Assembly: GCF_009914755.1 (NCBI RefSeq)
Contig: NC_060928.1
From: the human T2T-CHM13v2.0 reference genome, Homo sapiens
DNA length: 64,000 bases
Reading direction: 5' to 3' (one strand)
A model generated the notes under the pieces. The model searched no databases and was not told where the DNA came from. It saw only the letters and a list, made by a program, of their open reading frames with translations. Position 1 is the stretch's first letter. Every line of letters begins with the position of its first letter. This document shows, piece after piece, positions 53,901-64,000 of the stretch. A program made the position numbers and the translations under genes.

Positions 53901-56900
53901 TTGCTGGTATTTTGTTGATGATTTTTGCTGCTATGTTCTCAGAGATATTGGTCTAAAGTTATCATTTTTCACTGTATCTCTGCCAGGCTTTGGTGTCAGA
54001 ATAATACTGACTTTGTAGAATGAGTTAGGGAGGAGTCCCTCCTCCTAGATTTTTGAAATAATTTCAGTAGGAATGAGACCAGTTCTTTATACATCTGGTA
54101 GAATTTGGCTATAAATCCATCTGGTCCAGGACTTTTTTTAGTTGGTAGGCTTTTTATTACCAAGTCCATTTCAGAATTTGTTACTGGTGTGCTCAAGATT
54201 TTAATTTCTTCCTGGTTCAGTCTTCAGAGGCTTGTATTTCTAGGAATGTATCCATTTCTTCTAGGTTTTCTAGTTTGTGTGCACAGAGGTGTTCACCATA
54301 GTCTCTCAGGATTTTTTGTATTTCTGCGGAGTTGGTTGTCATATCACCTTTGTCATTTCTAATTGTGTTTATTTGGATCTTCTTTTTTTTTTTTTTTTAC
54401 TAGTATAGCTAGCAGTATATCAATCTTGTTTAATCTTTCGAACAACAAACTTTTGGCTTCATTTGTCTTTTGTATGGATTTTTGCATCCCAGTTTCATTC
54501 CATTCAGCTCTGATTTCAGTTATTTCTTTTCTTCTGATTGCTTTGGGGTTGGTTTGCTCTTGTTTTTCTAGTTCCTCTAGGTGTGACATTAGAATGTTAA
54601 TTTGAGATTTTACTAACTTGTTGATGTAGGCATTCAGCACTATAAACTTTCATCTTAAAACTGCTTTATCTGTGTGATTTTGGTATATTGTGTCTCTGTT
54701 TTCATTAGGTTCAAATAATTTTTTTTATTTCTGCCCAAATTTCATTCTTTACTCTAAAGTCATTTAAGAGCACATTGTTTAACTTCCATTCCATTGTATG
54801 GCTTTGATAGATCTTCTTGGCATAATTTCTAATTTTTTGCCCTACAATGAGAGTGTGGTAGGTATGATTTCTATTTATGTTTAATTTGTTGAGATGAGCT
54901 TTATGGCCAAGCATGTAGTTGATCTTAGACTATGTGCCATGTGCAGATGAGAAAAATGCATATTCTGTTATCACTGGGTGGAGTATTCCTTAGATATTTA
55001 TGAGGTCTAATCGGTCAAGTGTCAAGTTTAAGACCATGATATCTGCTAGTTCTCAGCCTCAGTGATTAATCTAATCACTAGCAGAGGAGAGTTGAAGGCC
55101 CCCAGTATTATTATGTGGTTGTCTAAATCTCTTCATAGATATCTAAAAACTTGCTTTATGAATCCACATGCTCCAATGTTGGGTATATACATATTTAAAA
55201 TAGTTAAGTCTTCTTGCTATATTCAGCCATTATCATCATGTAACACCCTTTTTTGTCCGTTTTGATCATTGTTAGTTTAAAGTCTCTTTGAACTGATACA
55301 AGCATAACTACTTCTGCTGTTTTTAGTTTTCCATTTGCCTGAATAGATCTTTCTCCAGCTCTTTGTTTTGAGCTTATGGATGTCATTACTCTTAAGATGG
55401 CTCTATTGAAGTCAGTTGGGTCTTAATTCTTAATCTCACTTCCCACTCTATGCCTTTTAAGTGGGGCACTTAGCCTATTTACATTCAGGGTCAATATTTC
55501 ATTGTACTATTAGCTGATTGTTATGTAGATTTGGTTGTATAGCTGCTTTATAATGTCTATGGGGTATGTGCTTAAGTGTGTTTTTGTGGTGGCAGGTATC
55601 ATTCTTGAATTTCCATGTTTAGTGCTCCCTATAGGCACTTTTGTAAGACGGACCTTACGTATCTGGTAAGAAATTCACTAAGCCTTTGTCTGAAAAGGAT
55701 TTCATTTCTCCTTCGCTTCTGAAGTTTAGTTCAGCAGGGTATGAAATTCTTAGTTGGAATTTCTTTTATTAAAGGATAATAAAGCTTGGCCCCCAATCTC
55801 TTCTGGCTTGTATGGTTTCTGCTGAAAGGTCTACTGTTAAGTCCAATAACATTCCCTTTTCAAGTGACCTACTCCTTCTCTCTAGCTGCCTTTAATATTT
55901 TTTTCTTTCATGTTGACCTTGAAGAATATAATGACTGTGTGTCATGGGGATGTTCATCTTGCATTAGTATCTCACAGGAGTTCTCTGAATTTCCTGAATT
56001 TGCATGTTGACCTCCCTAGTGAGATTGGGAAAATTTTCGTGGACTATATGCTCAAATATGTTTTCTAAGTTGCTTGCTCTCTCTCTCCTCTTTCTGGCAT
56101 GTCAACAATTCGTGGGTTTGGTCTCTTTACAAAAATCCCTTTTTTTTTTCAGAGGTTTTGTTCAGTTCTAAAAAATCTTTTTTCTTTATTTTTGTCTCCC
56201 CATGTTGCTTTAAAGTGGTGATTTTTAAGTTCTGAGATCTTATCTCAGCTTGGTCTATTCTGTTGTTAATGATTCCAATTGTATTCTGAAATTCCTGTAG
56301 TGAATTTTTCACTTCCAGAAGTTCAGTTGGGTTCTTTCTTAAAATTGTTACGCTGTCTTTCAACTCTTGGATCATTTTAATGGTTTTCTTTGGATTGTGT
56401 TTCAACCTTCTCTTGTATCTCAATGAGCTTCCTTGCCATCCTGATTCTGAATTCTATGTCTAACATCTCAACCATTTCAATCTGATTAGGATGCATTGCT
56501 AGGGAGCTACTGTGATCATTTGGAGATAAGAAGACCTTCTGGATTTTAGAGGTACCAGAGTTTTTGTGCTGTTTCTTTCTCATGGTTGAAGGCTGAGGTT
56601 CCTTTTTCCTTTGAAGTTGTTGTCCTCTGGATAGGGCTTTTTATTTTTAATGATTTTTATTGCCTTTGAGGTTTTAACAGTGGTGCCAGTTGGATATAGT
56701 TGAGTATCTCCATTTCTGGATGCTTTTAAGGGCAAGGCTGAGCTCTGCACTCATGGACTGTGTATTCTAATCCCGGGGGACTGGGACTGGATCTGTGACT
56801 TTGTCCTCTGGTCCCTTGAGGTCAAGCCCTGGCTGGATGGAGGGGCTAAGGTGCTGTCAGACAGCTGAGAACAGCACTCCACAGGGGATGGTGGGGAGCA

Positions 56901-57160
56901 CCAGAGGCAGAAGGTACCCCTTCCTTAGGAACTGTTCAGGGCCTAGAACATGTCCTAGTCCTAGTGCTCAACAACCCCATGAAGGGTTCTCAGCTTCCTC
57001 CTCATTCAGTCTGGCATCTTGGTCAACTCTCTAATATCTCTCAGTGTATTCTCTCAGATGGTCTTTTCAGAGTATTCCAGTTTACTCAATATTTTGGTCT
57101 GTCTGGGTTAGAGAAGTTCTTCCTAACTATCTCTAGTCAGCCATCTTAGCATCCTCCCCC
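50901..57160 (-). mobile_element. Near-full-length L1PA15/16-like element with disrupted ORFs; LTR9 nested inside
   Basis: ORF2 fragments ([18 protein letters not shown]), ORF1 fragments, 5' end agccatcttagc; TSD at(t/g)atcacattt at 50888-50900 and 57161-57172. Confidence 0.93.
52473..53077 (-). mobile_element. ERV1 solo LTR (LTR9 family)
   Basis: The minus strand begins TGTTATAGGAGTTATTAAGAAATTATTTTAGG and ends ..CCATATCA; about 605 bp; 4-bp TSD attg/actg. Confidence 0.85.
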
Positions 57161-57265
57161 ATGATCACATTTAATGGAAAAGAACACTATTTTCATATGA
57201 GGCTTTGGATGAACCAATTATTAAGGAGAAATAATTTCAAATTTAATTTTTTTCTTGTACAGGTA
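57161..57265 (+). mobile_element. Continuation of the MER45-like hAT element after the L1
   Basis: gaaaagaacactattttcatatgaggctttggatgaaccaattatt continues the sequence broken at 50900. Confidence 0.6.
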
Positions 57266-57629
57266 CTTTATATACAAATCATGAGGCCTCTTTCAATTTC
57301 TTATATTATTTCCATAAGTTTCAGGAAATGTCAGAAGAAACATTAAAATGCCACTGTATAAATATATATGTAAAATTGATTTCAGACTAACAAAAAACTG
57401 ATTTATATGAAGAGTTATATGTTTTTAGAAAAATTTTTCTGTAAAAATCATGAGCTATAGATGTACTAAAACTTAAGTTTTGAAAAATTCATCATTAATT
57501 TATCCCAATCTTGTCAGATTCTATAAAACACACTTAACAGTTCCAGTATTAGTTGTCATAAAAGTTGTATTTAAATTTTGACCCAGGGGTGAATTAGGTG
57601 AGGAGGTCTTATCTCAGCCCCTCATCACA

Positions 57630-60145
<2,516 letters not shown>

Positions 60146-60214
60146 ATGGAATTGGAACACACACAACAACAACAAAATAAAATACATTTTGAAAAAGTAA
60201 TCAAGCTTTCTGTA

Positions 60215-61135
60215 ATCAATGTATTAGACTTGAAATCATCATACTCATCAGTACAAACTCAGCTTAATAGAGACACAGATTGTTACCATGGTCAAATCTG
60301 GAACAATTTGAACAATAAAATTAGTAAACTAGTATTGGATTTTAATCTAAAGTATAAAATAAGTATCCAAGAGTCCACAGTGGTATAAGTATATGATTAA
60401 ATAAATAAATGAGAGAGAAGAGACAAATATCCCATGCAGAAAAATTCCAAATAATGTATGTAGATATTCCACCCTCAATGAGGTGGGTCATAACTCCCCA
60501 CTCCTTACGTGTCATCTCTAAACGGTGATTTCCTTCCAAACAGTACAAATGGAAAGTGGGGAAATGTAACTTTACGGTGGAGAATCCTGAAAAACACTAC
60601 CTAAGCTAGATGATCAAAGTAATATCAACAGAGATAAGTTATACTGACAGTATAAACCACCGACACAATATGATTAAAATGGCACTTTACCTCTGTGATC
60701 TTCTCCCAAAAACCCGTAACTCCAAATCTAATTATGGGACTAACATCAGAGAAATCCTAATTGAGGAGCGTTCTATAAAATACTTGACAAGTACTTCTCA
60801 AAACCGTTAAGATCATCAAAAGCAAAGAAAATCTGAGAAACTATTACAGCTAAAAGGATCCTAAGGAGACATGATGGCTAAATGTAATGTAGTATCCAAA
60901 ATGGGATCCTGGCACAGAAAGGGGCCATTGGATAAAAACTAAGGAAATAGGAATTAAGTATGGGCTTTCATAATAATAATGTACCAATATCACTTCATTA
61001 ATTGTAACAAATGTACCACACTTTAGATAGCAGCAACAGGGGAAACTGTGAAATATATAGAAACTTTCCCTACCATCTTAACTTTTTTGTAAATCTAAAA
61101 CTGTTTTAAAATGAATAGTTCATCTTTATAAAAAG
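60215..61135 (+). mobile_element. L1MC (L1MC3-like) 3'UTR
   Basis: cataactccccactcctta...ttccttccaaa...actttacggtggagaa...ggcactttacctctgtgatcttc...taaatctaaaactgtt. Confidence 0.85.
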
Positions 61136-61481
61136 TAAAAAACAAACTGATCTTACCAAGAGCAACTGGCATTAATTTCAATTATATCAACTGAAGTTTA
61201 AAAAGTATAAATTTTGATAAACTAACAAATGAGTTTCCAGAAAAGCAGGAAAAAAATTTATGAGAAATCAAGATTACACATTATAAAGTATTATTTCTTT
61301 TATGACCTAAAATTAGAACACCAAAAATTGTATTTTTGTAATTTATTAGTTTATATTGTTACCCACATACCATTTTCATCCCTATTATGTTTTATAATAT
61401 AATAGCTTTTTAAAATTAAAAGCTTAAGGAGCATTGCATTTTCATTTTTCACTACTACCTGAAAATTATTATTTAGCCCCC

Positions 61482-61622
61482 AGTCAGTTGCAGAGATGTA
61501 TGCCTATAGTCCCAGCTTCTTGGGAGGCTGAGATGATACGATTCTTGAGCCCAGGAGTTGAAGTCTTGCCTGGGCAACATAAAAAGAACCTGTCCCTTTA
61601 ATATAATAATAAATAGATAAAT
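61482..61622 (+). mobile_element. FLAM (Alu monomer)
   Basis: tgcctatagtcccagc...ttgagcccaggagtt...cctgggcaacata plus an A-rich tail. Confidence 0.8.
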
Positions 61623-61974
61623 AAGATCATCAATGTTATACTTACCTCACCACCACATAGGAAACTGCTTAATAAATGCTACGTATTATTAGTGAGCTAC
61701 AGTTAGTACCCAGTTACTGATTCTCAAGAATTATTCTTCATAGAATGTATTTAACACCTCAGTTCAATTTTCAACTACTTCATACAAAATCACTTTATAC
61801 CTAACTGGTGTTACATAGCTGATGGAAGAGATCTGCATACATATTTGCATGTGAAATTAAATATCTGAGAAAAATGAGTGAAGAAGTAGGATTTAAGAGT
61901 AGTTTCTGATTTAAATTTGCTGATTTCCTATTATTGCACTGGACACTTTTTAATACATTTCCTTAATTTTTACA

Positions 61975-62110
61975 AATGCTGTGAAGTACGCACTTTATTC
62001 CCATTAAACTGGAGAGCAAACTGAGATCAGGGAGCTTGAATAAACTTCTCAGGTCACAGGATCACAACATGAGTAACAGGATTGAGATTGAAACCCAGTT
62101 TTTATTACTT
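61975..62110 (-). mobile_element. MIR
   Basis: ttattcccatt...aaactgagatcagggag...aggtcacag...ggattgagattgaaacccag. Confidence 0.6.
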
Positions 62111-62499
62111 CCAAGTAGTTTTCATTACCTCACAGTGCCTCTTATTTATCATAGTGCAGGCAGGTACTATTTACTAGCTTTGTCAAAATTTCCTTATTTT
62201 GGTGAATACTGTAAAATGGTTGGATATCTCTAAAGAACTTATTTTAAACAGGTCAGAATTAAGAATGACTCATTCTCATGCATCTTTTACAAGCTCAATT
62301 TCCAGAAATAGTTCTTCTTTACAACTACAATCTGTTATCATGATCTCACTCTTTCAGCTCTGTTGGGTTACTGGCTAAACCTAGTTTTGGAATTACTTGG
62401 ATTCTAGATTGTAGTTTTCTCTAGAATCCTCCTGATGATACTTCAGAAGACTGTCTGGCATCTACCACATTAGGGTATACCATAGAAAAGGGCTTTCAG

Positions 62500-63210
62500 A
62501 CTTTGTTGGAGCAAAGTTTGTTGATGCTTTCATGTTGGGGTCATGTTTTCATGGTACTACACCTGCTTGGCCAGCCAGTTCCATTGAGGTGCCTGTTCCC
62601 AGTCCCTCCGGGGGTTCTCAAACAAAATCTGACAGCATATTCCCTCACTCTTTACTCTGCATTTCTTGCTTCCCACGTGGAGTTTTTCCATCACCTCTGA
62701 GACACTGTGGAGGTGCACTGATTTGCCCAGTTGTGTTTGTGAGGTTGCAAATTATACATGGACAGTGGCAAGTGTCACTGACTTGCTTCCACTCACTAGC
62801 TTACTCCATGCAGTGTGGCTGCCACTGTGGACGTTGTCACTGCTGTTTTGTGATCTAGCCTCCTCATAGCTGCTAGAGGGCCAGGTGGTACAACCTAAAA
62901 CTGTGTCACAGTCGATGTGTCATGGGAGGAATTTTTTTCCAATGGCAGATACAAGAAGGTGAATTCTTCTCCCTTCCTCTCCCTAGACAAATCATTCAGA
63001 AACACAGTGGCTCATATAGACTCTCCAAAGATATCCCACTAGCTTGATATAAAACTCTAGCCCAATTGGTAACGTACCCCTTACATTTGCTTTCCATCCT
63101 CATCCCTTCTTTCTCTATTGATCCCTTTCCCTCAGTCCTTCTTCCCTAGAATTGCATATCCCTAGAATTGCCTTGGGCTCTATTTTCTAAAAAAATCCAC
63201 ACTAAAAACA
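62500..63210 (+). mobile_element. Old ERVL LTR (LTR16-like)
   Basis: Ends gccttgggctctattttctaaaaaatccacactaaaaaca, similar to the LTR16-family end CTCAGGCTCTGCTTTCTGGGGAACCCAAACTAAGACA. Confidence 0.55.
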
Positions 63211-64000
63211 GTTTGCCATCCTATGATCACTACCATTATTCAATAGCTAATCAAACCATTTAGGGGTTTATTTACAGTTATTTGATTGAGAGACGAAAGA
63301 GGAACAGAAAAGAGAACCTTATTTACTAGGCTCCAAGAAGGTAGAGGAGGTTGCCCCACTTGGAGAACTGTGCCAAATTTCCTGACTCCAACTGCTATAC
63401 TTCGTAGGTAACAGATGGCATAGTGGGTGGAAGGGAGTTACACATGCAACTATTCAAATCTCTAGCACTGAAAATATCTTGATTGCAAGAGGTGACGCTT
63501 AGGAAATTTTAGAGACAGACATGTCAGAAATAATTCTGATGTAGCAATAGCAGAATATATAAGCAGGTTATCCTATAGGTAATTGTTTGCTTGCACACTA
63601 TTGAGATTTATATTGATGCATAGTATGCATTCTTCACCAAATATCCAGAGCAAACGTGCTAATGTATTGTGTTTAAAGAACTGCAGCCAGATTTGGGGAA
63701 AGAAAAGAACACAACAGGACCACTATTTCTACTCTCTCAAGGGAAGAGAATGAAGTGAAAACAACTCTATCTAATTTGGGGGCCATGAACATTTGCCCTA
63801 CAATCAGTGGCAATCTAACCGATTTGGTTCTGCAGATGTCGGAATAAAGGGCAAGGAACCCAATAAACATGATAATGTAACATTGACAGTAAAAATAGAG
63901 ATGTCCAGACAGAACACTGTACAGTGAATACTTTAGATCACACTAATGTCTTATCGAATGTTAAATATATCTTTTGTTGACCTAATTAACATATGAAACA

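Noticed and set aside
61640-61680. Strong minus-strand donor GAG|GTAAGT
   Set aside because: No matching acceptor or promoter evidence visible.
63660-63900. Short open frames on both strands near the window end
   Set aside because: The translations match no family I recognise.

Overview
AT-rich, repeat-dense human genomic DNA. The human assignment rests on a consensus-perfect AluYa5, a human-specific subfamily. The only protein-coding signal I can support is an 11-nt first coding exon on the minus strand (ATGATGTACGC|GTAAGT, 25337-25347). I recognise it from memory as the start of TMPRSS11F (HATL4, MMYAPVEF..., chr4q13 TMPRSS11 serine-protease cluster). On that reading, 1-25336 is intron 1 (exon 2 lies outside the window) and the rest is upstream/intergenic sequence. 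Much of the window is interspersed repeats: several large L1s, about 12 Alu/FLAM copies, Tigger1, MaLR/ERV LTRs, MER45, MER53, MADE2, MIR and L2. Most ORFs in the supplied track are L1, Alu or Tigger relics, and I could not assign the rest. I found no convincing new biological system. The most notable signals are (i) several template-switch-like scars, including a ~90-bp insertion apparently copied from a neighbouring L1, (ii) a very young AluYa5 that creates inverted Alu pairs in the intron, (iii) squamous-epithelium regulatory motifs (GRHL, p63, AP-1), and (iv) a splice acceptor in front of TMPRSS11F exon 1 with candidate upstream non-coding exons. Repeat subfamily names come from recalled consensus sequences, and boundaries are approximate unless target-site duplications (TSDs) are quoted.
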